Assembly: GCF_006345805.1 (NCBI RefSeq)
Contig: NC_043000.1
Span: 50,344,001 to 50,408,000, forward strand
Length of the DNA: 64,000 nucleotides
Reading direction: 5' to 3'
From: Octopus sinensis
Taxonomy: Eukaryota
Shown: positions 38,531-51,766 of the stretch, piece by piece
How positions within the stretch are numbered: the first letter of the stretch is position 1
Layout of the letters: each line of letters opens with the position of its first letter
Position numbers and translations under genes: made by a program
Notes under the pieces: model-generated
Databases searched by the model: none
The model's input: only the letters and a program-made list of their open reading frames with translations
Told to the model about the DNA's origin: nothing

Positions 38531-41500
38531 TAACCAGACCAATCCATTTCTCGAGTCTGTTGTGTGTAGCAGAAGGCAGTGATGACACTACCTTTTCACT
38601 TAAGCCTTTCAATACTTTTATACAAATAATGGAGGTACAATATCAACTTTAGGAAGTAATGATTTATTTGTAGAGTAGAAAAATATGTTTTACAGGAAGA
38701 GTTATGCCATGTAACAACCTATGATCAAGTGATGTTAGAACTTTTGTTTACACAGACAGTTGTCAGATGTATGATGATATGTGTATATGATGATATGTAT
38801 GATGTGTGTATGATGTCTGATGATAAATGTATATTAATATAATTCGATATATCTCACAAACAGTTGATGGTAGAGAAAAAATAAACAGATTTTTGGAATC
38901 AGCACAAAATTCTGCATTAAAATCCCTCAAAACAGTGAGTCAACCAAAACTATTGTGAAAATTTATAACCCAGTGATTGTTGACATTACAAATTGGAAAG
39001 CCTGTGTCATTACTATTAATTATTTCACTAGCTGATGTGTCTTCACCTTGATATTATCTTGGTAAATAAGCTAAGAAGTGTATAAAATATTTCTACAGAA
39101 TAAAAATGATTTATATTTCATATCTTTGCTATAATTTTAATGCCTTTATACTCTCAAAACATTTGAAATACTACAACCATGTAAATGATGTAGGTATGGT
39201 TTTTGATAACTGGAATACATAATGACTGATAGTAATTCTTCACAGACATTTGACTTTACTTTTTCTAGACATATAATATGTTGCTTTTCTATGCATATAA
39301 AACATTGCTATACTTTTTGCAAACATAATACTACTTTCCAAATATTGGTATTATTTGTAATATTAATGCTCTTGTCACCTTTTAATTTGCACTTGCTTAG
39401 TGACGTGTCTGTATAATACTTACAAGACATTGTTAACTTACCCTTATATGCATGCATGTATGTGTGTATATAGTGTTAGTTTGTGTGTGATTTTCTCTTC
39501 GTTGGATTACAATATTTGCTTCTCTGTGATGGCAAGGCTAGTGAGAAGAACTGTTTTATAAGTTTGTGTGAATGAAAATATGCACACAAGCATAAAAACA
39601 TAATCTATTATATTTTTCATATAAATATCTAAAAAAGATTTAGAAATTGATCTGATAGGATATAAATCAGAATAAACCAAATATATTTCTAAAAGATCTG
39701 TTTTTATCCTTACATTTTATATCTAGAATTTAAGAAAATAAATAAAGCTAGTATATTGAATACTGGAAATAAAATGAGCCAGGATAAATATCTCAGCAAT
39801 AGAAGCAGCTAAGTGAAAAATTTACCAACATGTTGTTATTTCCTATTGAAAATCTGATTGGAAATTCCTTTCATATGAATTTGTATGGATATTTATCTTA
39901 GGTATGAAATAAATATGTATTTGTGTTATCATATGCAATCTTGAAAAAAAAAAAAATGCATTGTTCACAAAGCTAACTAATATCCATTCTATTTATTTCA
40001 AGTAGGTTTGATTTCAAAACATTTCTACAGTCTGTATATTTTTCTTTTCATTTTAAGTTATACTTTATTTCCACCACCATTCATTTAAAAGATTAGAACA
40101 TGTTTACACTGTGTTAAAAGTTCATATTCACTGTGGATATGTATATATACACATAAGAAATCTATTTTTTGTTTTCCTCTCAGAAGGAAATAAAACATGA
40201 GGAAAAATATTCTATAGTCTATATCATCATGAATATGTGTGCATATATTTTAAGGGAAAAAAAAAGCAAAAAACAAACTGGCTTAGTAATTTAAGATTTG
40301 AATGTCCATCTACTTGAGTTGAATTTTAATATGTTATTGAAATTATATTATCCATTATTTTGATTTGTGTTTCAATTATATTTCATCTAGTTATAGATTT
40401 TGCAATCTGTCAAATATAATGAATGAATATTAAGTAATTTGATTCAGTTATGTTGTCAGGGAGCTATTTTAGCCATTTGGGAATGTACAAGACCTGTTAT
40501 ATTCAGTTTTAATTTTTTTCCTTAATAGTGCTATTTTAAAGGGCTTGGAGTTTTGTCATACTTCAGTAACCTGATCACGGACACATTTACACTGCATTTC
40601 AATTGAGTCATTGACCAGGTTGCAGATGTTACAGAACCTACTCACATTTCATAATAGATAGAAATAGATAGAAATATAGTAGATTTTTCGTGTACTTGGA
40701 TGGCTGAAGTGACCCCTCCATGATATTAGTCGACTTTCAATCTGTTCTTTATTAAGTAAGTCACCTGCTGAATAAGTATGTCTGAAATTAATTTGATTCA
40801 AAATAATAATATCATTTGTACTCTCAGTTACCTTTTTGTCTTAAGTTCTAAACTAGCTTTCTGCATAGTTTCTTTCTTTTACATTCAGTCTCAGGCACAC
40901 GTGACACAGTCCATTTTTCATACTCTTATCATTTCTCCTGTGTCTCATTCTCCCGTCTCCCTTCTGGAATTGCAAACTGTAAATATTATGTAAATGTTTG
41001 TCCCAGCTGAGTAATTTATGTATTAAAAAAAAAAAAAAAATTCTTAAGCATAAAGTTCTTTCTTATAGATCTGGGAATTAGAAACTGAGATATTAATGCC
41101 TTTCTCTTGAGAATTTGCAATATAATTAGAACTTAAGATTATCCATTATAAATCCTCTTTATAAAACAAGTGAAGTTATTTGTCTTATTTAGAGACATGA
41201 TGCATTCAATAGGGTACAAACTTGAAACTAAAGAAAGTTTTTATCCCCTCTTCTCCACCATTATGATTTTGATAATAAATAATACAAAGACAATTGATAC
41301 AAATAAATTAAGCTGACATTTCCTAGAGAATTAGATCTGAAAAGTGATGGGAAGTATTACTGTAGTAGTTCTTTCTTTTTTTAGTATTAACATGTTATGA
41401 CCTTTTCCCTTCACTTATTGCTGTCCATCTTGTAGAATAGTTGTTTTCTCTTTCTTTTTATGGAAGTGGGTGTGTAAAGGGTAGAAGTAACCATTAATTG

Positions 41501-42609
41501 TTCTTATAAAGCATTGAGTGGAGCTTAAAATCCTATCATGGTCTAGTATTCTGCATTGTATTTATGAGAATTGCATTTTTCTCCCATCATTTGTATTAAT
41601 ATTCATTTCAAAAGAAACAATGAAAGCTTAAGACCTATTTTAGTAGTATCTTTTCAAAGCAAAACTTTACTAGTTGGAATGAATTTCTTATTGCGATAAA
41701 CATCAAATTGTTATAGAAAGATAAAAGAATTATATATTTGAAACATTAAAATGAATGTGTAAAACATATATAATTGCAAAATCTAATGTCAGTAAACCAG
41801 TAGCAGTATCTGTTTTCTCTCTTATTTAATACTATTAAATGTTTATTACTACAGATTATGATAATTGGTTAGGTTGAACTATAATGTCTACTCTTTATTC
41901 TGTTAAATTTAGTTTTTGACTACTTGATAGGAGAATCTGCCTAGTGTTGAGATTTAAAGAGGATTTAACTTTCTATTTTATTTATCATGACAGAATGAAA
42001 AATACAAAATCCTGATTCATTAAGATTGTGAAACACACCACATGACATTTTGGTTTAAAAGAATATGGACTTTGATCATTGATATAGCATTCCTATTAGT
42101 TTGGACTAATAAAAGTAAAAAGAAAAAATAGAAATGATATTTAAAAAGAAAATAATGATAATCAATATTCTTGAGGTGATAAAAGGAAAATTTTGAAACG
42201 GGATTGAAATGATATACATCAAATATAGACCTGCATGTTTGAAATGGGAAATGAAGACATTTATTGAAGTTTTGACTAAAAATTATTATACTTGATACTT
42301 CTTTCATTGCACGCTGTTCATTTATCCTTACCTTATGGTTCTTTAATTTCCTGGTCACTTCACATATAAATATTTGTGTACAGAGAATAGGAACTCATAT
42401 TTGTATGCTTTTGTTCAATACAAAACTGAATTGATTGTTATAGGGATCTTCAGTTAACTTTGTGCTAGAATATTACCCTCAGATATCTCAATCCAAAGCA
42501 AAGGAGTAAGCAAATAACACTGGTTTGTCATTAGACAAAACAATATGGGAAGAAAACAGATATTTCATCCATGAACTGAATGTGTAATTTGAGTTGAAGA
42601 ATGAGTGTA

Positions 42610-42787
42610 GTAGTCAAACACTACACCTGATTTTCTCCCCTCCATACACATGCAAGCATGTATCTGACTCATACACTATTCACTTCCCAGACATTTGTAC
42701 ATTAAGGCACATGCTTTATACACACTTTTGACAAGTTGTGGTGTACCTGAGCACTGTATACAATAATTTCATTATTATTATTATTAT
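42610..42787 (+). mobile_element. Retroposon 3' end with (ATT)n tail
   Basis: ...gacaagttgtggtgtacctgagcactgtatacaataatttcattattattattatta; recalled as an octopus repeat, family not assigned. Confidence 0.5.
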
Positions 42788-44077
42788 ATGGATGGATTCT
42801 TCATGTATTGTGAATTTAAAATCTTATATTTTCTCTTATATCATCTGTCACGTTTTAGCAACTGCTATATTGGCCTCTATATTTTTTTTACCCTGAAGAA
42901 ATCTTAAACATTGAATTTTTAATGTCACACTAAACTAACTTGTTGCAATTTTTTTTTTTTATGTACAAACACTTATCTCACCTGTTTCTATATAGTTTCC
43001 TATTGTGTCATGGTTTCCTATTCTGTTATGAATAAGATGATATTTATGTATAATTGTTGGCGCTCATAATTTTACTATTATCACTTAACTTTCATAACTC
43101 TGTGTTAGCTCCTAAATTGTAATGCACCTTATTTAAGCTTGTTTGGGCATTCCATACTATTCTGTGTATAACACATAAAATTTGCCTGAAATGGAGAGTA
43201 TACCTTAATTTCAATTTCCTTTGAGGTTGTTTAAATTTTACTGCTAATGTCCAAAGGAAATACACAATTTCTTGGAGATTTTGTGCATCTGGCACATACA
43301 GATACACTTTTAATAAGCTTATAATATATTTTAATGTTATATCATTCGCTCATCATGTGACTTCCTTTTTCTTCCTATAACCTGGTCAGTTGTATAGTTG
43401 TATATAATGCCATATGTTGCTTTCATCCTAACCTTTCACCCTCTTTTGAAAAGCTCATTCATGATTTGCTTTATTTTTATTTCTGTAGAATGTATTAATT
43501 TAGCAATTTTACGATATTGTAAAAAGTCTTACTGCTGAATAAACAATAGTAAAACTATAATGAAAATAAATATATGCTGTGATCTGTAGATTACTACTAG
43601 AAGTAAGAAATGAATGAAAGGCATGAAAAAGAATTAAGTATGAACATTTCCTCATTTTATGTTTATGTATAACCTAATAAATAATGGAGTGAAATTCTCT
43701 AGGTATCTGATTTAGTATTTAAACATAAAGTCATTACTGTGACATACTTCCATCTATTTAAAGTTAACTTCAGATATTTGTGGCAGCAATTCTAACCAAT
43801 TTCTATTTAATTGCCATCAGAACAGTGAAATTTGAAAATTTGCAGTTTCTGTTCTATAAAATTTTCAAATTAGATGTATTTGATACATTTTATCTTTTCA
43901 ATATATTACTCTAGAAACAATGTGTCTATTAACATTTAAGAGCTGCTTCAGGATTTATTTTCTTCTGTTGAGATTATTTCTGAAAATGTATCTTAGTAAA
44001 TATTATCATGAAATTTCTGAATTGAATACATATACTCCTAATACTCGACATACGTGTAATAATATATTTACTCATAA

Positions 44078-44578
44078 ATTCTGAAACATATATCATGTAA
44101 ATTAAATACTGCCGCTTCAAATATTTTACTTCCTGTGATCATCATCACTATTAATTTTGTTAGCATGTTCATTTTCGAAACCGACATATTTCAAAGAGTC
44201 CAATTGGCAGCGCTTTATATGATGATGGATGTGAGCAGTACTCTCATAATTTATACATAATCTTATCAGTCTATGCTCTGTAATGATATTTTGTATATCT
44301 ATGCATCCTTAATTGGGATTAGGGTTTCATCGATAAAAGCTTTTATTAGAGCCAGCAGCTAATTACAATGCCTATTCTCCCAAGTATCTATTCTAAATAT
44401 GTTGCTTTTGTGACAACTGAAAGATTTCTGCTCACTCTTGCACTTATTCATTCAGCCATTTCTTAGTTTTCTTGAAGCTGCTAACAAATTCGATATGGCC
44501 TGGATTTACACTTTACAAAATATACCCATTTCTACTTCATTCGTAGTATTTTTCCCATTGTATAGTTATGAATTATAA
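44078..44578 (+). pseudogene. Possible remnant of a Cys-loop (nAChR-like) receptor transmembrane region
   Basis: One frame with 3 internal stops gives NILLPVIIITINFVSMFIFETDIFQRVQL...EAANKFDMAWIYTL...FVVFFPLY*, with N-x3-P-x11-F-x4-D-x2-QRVxL spacing as in nAChR M1-M2. No ligand-binding domain or splice acceptor was found upstream. Confidence 0.22.
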
Positions 44579-44700
44579 AGACAGTGTTTTATCAATTACA
44601 TTTTTTTGCAATGTTGTATTTGAAAGACTTCAGTGTTTCATTTCATTTTTGTTGCCCAAAATTCATTATATGAATATGCTAAGAAATGTTTCATGTAATT

Positions 44701-44790
44701 ATAGGAAATATATAATATAATATTAGGAAATGTTTAATATGGCTCTAGGAAATATTTAATATAACTATTGGATATTTTTAATATGTCTCT
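44701..44790. repeat. ~22-bp AT-rich minisatellite
   Basis: A taggaaatatttaatat-like unit is repeated about 4 times. Confidence 0.6.
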
Positions 44791-45014
44791 AAGATAGATC
44801 ATTACAACTATATAGGAAAATACATCATATAGGAAACATTAGTCTTACATATTTAACAGACTTTTCAGAATATAGGAATATGCATTAACTATCTGAGGTC
44901 ATAAATTATTCTTGACTTGTGTAGAACATGGTGTTCAATAAGTCTGAGTAAATTGTTAATACACATCTCCACTTTCAAACTTTTCAAAAAAATGGAAAAA
45001 AGAAAATCATCGAT

Positions 45015-45228
45015 TTAACCTTTACGTATTTAAACCGGCCATATCCACCTCAAATATTCTACCTGTTTTATGTTCAACTGTCCTGATCTTGCCTCTCACA
45101 CTTGCCCTAAAAATATGCAATCACATCATCAAAATCTTGAATCTATTAGATAATGCATTATAAATTCAAAACAATTTGAGTAAATAAGCATTACATTTGA
45201 TAGAGTAATCTGAATGCCAATGTGCTAA
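45015..45228 (+). mobile_element. TTAA-type MITE, family D
   Basis: ttaacctttacgtatttaaaccggccatatcc...taatctgaatgcc; colinear with 9222-9433. Confidence 0.8.
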
Positions 45229-45513
45229 GACAATAACATGGTCACCAGGAAAAAAAGAAAGAAAGAAAGAAAGAACTGATTAACATCTCTTTAAATGAAA
45301 TAGTTCTTTCTGATCTAGGAAATAACATTTCTAGTGATTCCATTTAATTTCTTTCATGCTTACATTTCAAACTACTCTTTGCAAATTATTAACATGAAAA
45401 AGAATTAGAATCTATATATTCATTTTGTGTAGTAGACTTAAACAGCTGCTCAGTTTAATTTCAGCCATTGGCATCTTGGGTTCCATTAGCAGAGTCCACC
45501 ATGTTGCACATAT

Positions 45514-45743
45514 TTAACCCTTTTGTTACTAAATTTCTCGTGAAATGTGCTGCCTTTGTTTCATTTGATTCTTAACATAACGAAAAATTTATTAAAATAA
45601 TTCAGTCATTGTTAAGCTGGTATTTGGGATGTGAATTAACATGAAGTTTTGATGGAAGATTTTAATTTAAATGATTCTAAGACAGGAATTTTGTATCAAA
45701 GGATCAAGAACAGTGTCAGGTGAGTTAGTATCAAAAGGGTTAA
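45514..45743. mobile_element. Complete piggyBac-type MITE (222 bp) with TTAA TSD
   Basis: TTAA-cccttttgttact ... agtatcaaaaggg-TTAA; TIR 12/13 identical. Confidence 0.9.
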
Positions 45744-45824
45744 GCAAAGCTATCAGTTTGAGGACACCTTCCTCCCTCCTGCTACTTTTGGTGGCCCTGT
45801 AATGGGGGATGGCCATTGCCATCT

Positions 45825-46500
45825 GTTTTGATGTTCATCAGCATCTTACCAGGTGGAATTTATTGAGACAAATCTTTACAGTTGGATGCCCTACCTGTTG
45901 TCAGTCCTCACCTATTTCCAAGCAGGCTAATATTTCCCGTGGCTAGACATGTTTCCCATAGAAGACTGGAAATGAACATCACATGCAGTATGGGGATGCT
46001 TGTTTACAGCCATCATGTGATGTTGAGACAATGCAACACATATACATATATATGATAGGTGGCTTTCAGTTTCTGTCAACTACATCTACTTGTTTGTTCC
46101 TTCCTTCTTGAGCCACACCTGGCTCATAAGGGCCGGTTTCCTGGTTTTCTTGGCGTATAGATTCCCCACCTGGATAGGACGCTGGTCCATTGCAGATGAG
46201 CTGCAAGATGCAGGAGGAAAGAGTGAGAGAAAGTTATGGCATAAGTGTCAGCAGAAGTTCGCCATTAGGTGTTTTGCTCATAAACACACACATTGCCTGG
46301 TCTGAGATTCGAACCTGTGATCCCTCGACTACGAGTCTGCTGCTCTAACCACTAGGCCATGTGCCTCCATACTACATCCACTTACAAAGTCTTATTTAAC
46401 CCAGGGCTGTATTAGAAGAGACTCATCCAAGGTATCTTGCAGTGGGACTGAACCTCAGACTGCATAACTGGGGAGTAAGTTTCTTAACCACTCAGCCATT
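45825..46500 (-). mobile_element. Composite SINE (family A head, RTE-like tail) interrupted by a nested SINE
   Basis: Tail ttggatgccctacctgttgtcagtcctcacctatttcc; head gcagtgggactgaacc...ttcttaaccactcagccat; the host sequence is continuous across the insert. Confidence 0.8.
46092..46370 (-). mobile_element. tRNA-derived SINE with 13-bp TSD nested in another SINE
   Basis: Head ggaggcacatggcctagtggttagagcagcagactc (A-box-like) and ggttcgaatctc (B-box-like); TSD actacatctactt 46079-46091 / actacatccactt 46371-46383. Confidence 0.9.
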
Positions 46501-48394
46501 TCTGGTAATGTGAGCTGCACCTGCATCTATGTGTGGTGTTTTCTTTTTTAATATTATAAAGTATATTGTTTGAAATATTAATTTCCATTGGGTTTACAAT
46601 TTTGTGTCCTGACCATGGAATAAGTATTTTCATACAATCTACTCCTCCTTTCTTTTCATAAATATTTTCTTGTATTTTTATTTATATCAATTCATGTGTA
46701 TGTATGTATGTGTGTGTATTACACGTATTTCTCTATATGTACACACATACACATATACACACATACATGCACACACATACACATACACACATACATACAT
46801 ATGCACACACTGCTATTACTACAACGTTTTTCTTTTTCTCATTTACATTATCAGTAACTTGATATATTTTAGCAGGATACATTTACATTAAGATTAACAT
46901 ATCAGTGTAACTTTGTTTACTTTGGAGCTTATTTTTTGATTATAGATATGTTTAATATTGGGTATTGAATTTATAATTATGTATTCAACTTAGAGTACTT
47001 GATACACTTTATGTACACTTAGCAAGTTGTTTTCATTGCTAACAAATTTTCTGTAATCCAATGAAATAATAATGAAATATAGCCACAAATCAATTGTTCG
47101 TTTAGGTTTAATTTATTTATAATTCCCTATATTCTTATTATTTACATTTATACACACACATATATAAACATTTATTATTTAATCATTATCTCATTTGCTA
47201 CATAGTTTGCATACTATATCAATACTTCTAAATAATATTTGTATTTTATGTTCAATAGGAAACCTTCTTTTAATCATTAGTACATTTATATATAATATGT
47301 CTGTATCATAGACATCTAACCTAATTAAAAGATATTTGTTATTAAACATTGAACAAGACAGCAAACTTTCTGGAATTAATAAACAAAAGTTGCCATTCAA
47401 CAAATTTAAGCATAGACTTGAAATGCCCCTCTGATTCATTGAAAGGCTTCTTATATATATAAAAAAAAACCTTTGTATCCACATGATTTGCTAATTACTG
47501 TAAAGCATGAAAAGTCTTAAAAAAACTAAAATCTTTTTTCTGGATATCTTTCATAACACAAGTATTTAATATATTTAATATTGTTTTGTAACAGTCATCT
47601 ATAATATTTCCCTGTTATTGTTAAACTTTGTTTCCCTTTTTAAATTTTACATTGACATTGTAATAGTATATTTATACATGGCTACTTTGAAATTGTTGAC
47701 TAAAGTTAATCTGTGTCTCCTTTTAGCATACATAAAATAGTATCTGCATCAAATCAATTTGCTGTTAGAAAATAAGAATGGCCTATGATAAAATTTAGCA
47801 ATGTCAATGTGATCAGCCATATATATACGTATATATATATATATGGGGGATGTATGTATGTGTACACAAAGCCAAACTCACACGTATTTCATCATCTTTT
47901 TGTGTAGCTTTATAAATTGTCAATATATTGTGACATTTGTAATAATTATGTGGCCATATAAATCTATATAATACATTGGTTTGCTTAATCAGACCGTCAT
48001 TGTTGTTATTCTGTTATTATTTTCTTAATATATTATTAATTTTAGGTTGTATTTAGTGCTGATGCATGTGACATTTTCTCTGGTGATATTTCAAAGGCTA
48101 GTATTATCAATCTCATGTGTGCATCTGTTTTTTTGTTGTAGACATTGCGTGCTATCTGGGTTTAGTTTTAATTCTTTGTAAGCATCTTGACATTTTGACA
48201 AGTGTCAGGTGGTCTTTTCAACTATATTTTAAAAAATGTGTTTATGTGTGTATGTATATGTGTGTATATATATATATATAGATATATATTATTTATCCAG
48301 TTTCATTTTCTTTTGCACACATATTGTGTATCCATATTAGTTTTGGTTCATTACTTAAATCTTGTAACATCATTAGTTTTCACTTATTGTATAT

Positions 48395-48500
48395 ATGGAA
48401 ATGGGGATTAAACGATAGAACACTAGATTATATTCTTTAAGGTATTTCGTTTAGTTTTGGTCCAAGATCAAACCTCACCAGAATGAACTTTGCCTTTTAA
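48395..48500 (-). mobile_element. Degenerate SINE family C
   Basis: gaatgaactttgccttttaa and the flanking sequence resemble the family C core and tail; strand uncertain. Confidence 0.4.
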
Positions 48501-50293
48501 TAACTACAAGGGGATGAATGAATCAGCTTGATATGGTATAAGAATTTCAGAAGACCTTAAAATCAAAATATTATGTGTATATAGAGAGATGATGCAATTG
48601 TTAGTCATAGAATTATAACCTGTTGTGTTGAGCATATATTTTTTATTAAAAATGTATACATTAAACAATAAATTTAGCTGTTGCATCCTTCGTTATTACT
48701 AAAATGCAGTTTCAACATTGCTATACTTTTCAATGTGTGTATATTTATAGTATTATTAAGAAAGTGAGTGGATATCATTTGAAATGTGGGCTATCAATTG
48801 CTTTTTCTTTTAAATTATTGAACATGTGTAAAAATGCCAGTAAACTATTGTAAAATTGGCAGTTAAAATTAATTAGGTGGATTGATCTTGTTTTAAACAA
48901 AAAAATATGCATGTTATACATCTTTGATGCTATATTAAATTATGCATACAAAAGTGTGTATCCATGCCTTTATATAAGTGTTCTTTATGTAAAGTTGCCT
49001 AATATTTGTGTTAACTTTCGTGTATGTATTTGTAACTGTACATATATTTTTGTATAAGGATTTTTAATTCAATAAAGCAATGACACTTTGCAAAAAAAAT
49101 AAATATTTGGATATTCACTTATCTTGGCAATCTGAAAATGCAAAGACACGTTTCTGTGTTGTACCACTTAAAAACCTGATTAAATTTATCAGATCATTTG
49201 GCTATTTCCAGAAGAGAAGGTGATTTTATAATTTAGTATTAAGCATTTTATTCTTTTGCACACATTTCTTTCCAACTATTTCCAGTCCTCTTAGATAATA
49301 TTAGAAATCAGAATATTCATCTACAGTAATGAAAAACTAAATAAAATTATAAAAATATCATGATAAATCAATATAAAATTAGAGTGAAAGAGAGAAAAAA
49401 TTCACTCTTTCTACTTAGGTTTTGTTATGTTATGGAACTTGTCATATTTTAGACAGAAATCTTTAGTAGAAATATGAAATCATTTCCCAAGAGTAATGTT
49501 TACAATCTTATAATTCTACCCTGGAAATGAACAAAGAAATCAATACCTCTTCATTTCGTTCTTTTTTTCTTTTTCTGACCAAGTGCTATTTGATAGGTAA
49601 TGTTATATTTTATTTTAGTTTAGCTTAAATTAAATCACAAAATATTGTGCAAATGCAGTATGTTATATTCACACTCATAGAGACATGTACTTATAATCAA
49701 ATATCAAACGCTTACTTTATATATTTTGAGATATGATACTTAAATACTATTGCTTATGTAATTCATTATATATTCATTAAGGTGTTTGATTCAAGAAAAC
49801 TGAATTATCAACAATTAACAAGCATGTTTTCACACAAATTATTCTCAGCAAAAATAATTTCATTGGAAATATAAATCACACGTATCAAATATTGAAATAA
49901 CATCCACATTCATTACAAGACTTTGAGAAATAACACAAACATTTCAAACTTTTGAATAAATTGTATGAATATTTTTAAGTACTTTGTGTGTGTGTGTACT
50001 CTACCTTGAATATATTATTGTTTGTGCGTTGCTTTGTAATTTTTACATGTGTACACATACTGTGTATCTGCAAACTGTATGTATGCATGTATTAGTGGCA
50101 TTGTCTGGGTTTAGGCTGGCCTGTGCAGTAGTGAAATTGGCTGCCTCCTTCTTTAAACGTAACATACTTCCAACATTATGTTTGTCCCCTCGACAAAGTG
50201 ATCACCCTAAGCAGTCTTCACACTCTACACTGCATCACTTGTGCATGCACGTGTGTGTGTTTATGCACGTATTTACATATATATATATGATAC

Positions 50294-50343
<50 letters not shown>

Positions 50344-50370
50344 CCATAATAATAGTGGTTTTGTCTCTAA

Positions 50371-50408
<38 letters not shown>

Positions 50409-50504
50409 GTCTTATATTTATGCATATATATTTATGTATATATTGGTCTTATATTTATGCATATATTTGTATGTATATATGGTTCTTATATTTATACATA
50501 TATA

Positions 50505-50800
50505 ATGGTCTCCTGTCATTAGGCAATGTATGAAGGTTAGATAGTTTTTGACTGAACAACCACACAGATGATTTGTTTATAGTGATCAAATGTTTGTGCA
50601 AACATAAGCTCACTCCCTCCATCAGATTGACATTACCTGCACAGGTGCAATGGGTGCCACGTATCAAGATGTCAAAATGATTGCAGAGCAATGTGAAATG
50701 AAGTGCTTTGCTCAAGAACACAACGCAATGCCCACTCTTAGAAACGAACCCACGCTTTTGATATCATGAGTGCAACATCTTAAACACTAAGCCATGTGCA
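50505..50800 (-). mobile_element. tRNA-derived SINE with a gtgttcttgagcaaagcactt central domain
   Basis: The reverse complement reads gcacatggcttagtgtttaagatgttgcactc...cgttgtgttcttgagcaaagcacttcatttcacattgctc. Confidence 0.7.
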
Positions 50801-51766
50801 CTTTCACATACACACACACACACATACACATATACATATGCATATATTTATATCATATGAATAAAATTTATCATGCAAAAATTTGTCTTGTTGAAACTTC
50901 CTATGATCTTCTGGAGCCTTAGCACAGCTGATTCTTAGTGATTTGTCCAATCTAAAACATCTTACAGTTATTTTGAATCAAAAACTTTTCAACACCTTTT
51001 CTTTCATTTTTGCTGGAGTCCACAGGTTTTGCTGTTCTGGTTATTGATTTATTGCACTGTTACTCACTGTTGACCTTGTTTTACTACCTTTCTATTTTAA
51101 TGTAAATATGTACAACTTTCCTCACATTGATTCAAAAAAATATCATTACTGTTCACAAAATGTAAGTTTGCTTTCATAATTCATCTGAAAGAAAAATTAA
51201 ACTGGCTCATGATATAAAGGAGCAGTTCACTTCTTCAAGAATGGAGTCAATATGAGGAAATTATTCTCATTGCTTGTTATTGAATTTCTGAATAGGTTAA
51301 ATATAATTCTCCAGCCATAATATATCTAAATATAATTCTCAAGTTTGTTTGTTCTCTCTATATCTATTTCTATTGTTATACTTCTTAATTTGCATTTTAC
51401 TGGTTGTAACAATTGAAAATGTTATAGAATGATACAAATTTGTACTACAGGCTTGTGAACTAAATTAGCATAGAAAAGCTCCCAAATATGTGCTGTTTTG
51501 TGGAGTATGCCACCAGGGAACTGAGATCATATGTCTTTATTAGTGTATTTTCTATCTCAATTTATTTTCTCTTCCCATTCCTTTCTGTATAAGAGCATAT
51601 GCCTGAAACATCAAAGAATTCTTCCACTTTTTCTGTGTCAAACTAACTAGTACACCTTGTTTGTTGTTTTCTCACTTGCCTCTGTATTTTGTTTGTTTTT
51701 TAAACACTTTGAACCACACACACACACACACACACCTAAGCACATGTGTGTGTGTGTGTGTGTGTA

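Noticed and set aside
40869-40960. Possible ~90-nt coding exon (good acceptor, two open frames)
   Set aside because: Weak donor (act|gtaaat) and an unrecognisable translation; cannot be supported without RNA data.
47191-47430. GPCR TM1/TM2-like reading on + strand (SIGNLLLII...YLLLNI)
   Set aside because: Short, interrupted by stops, and without further helices; AT-rich DNA readily gives such hydrophobic matches.
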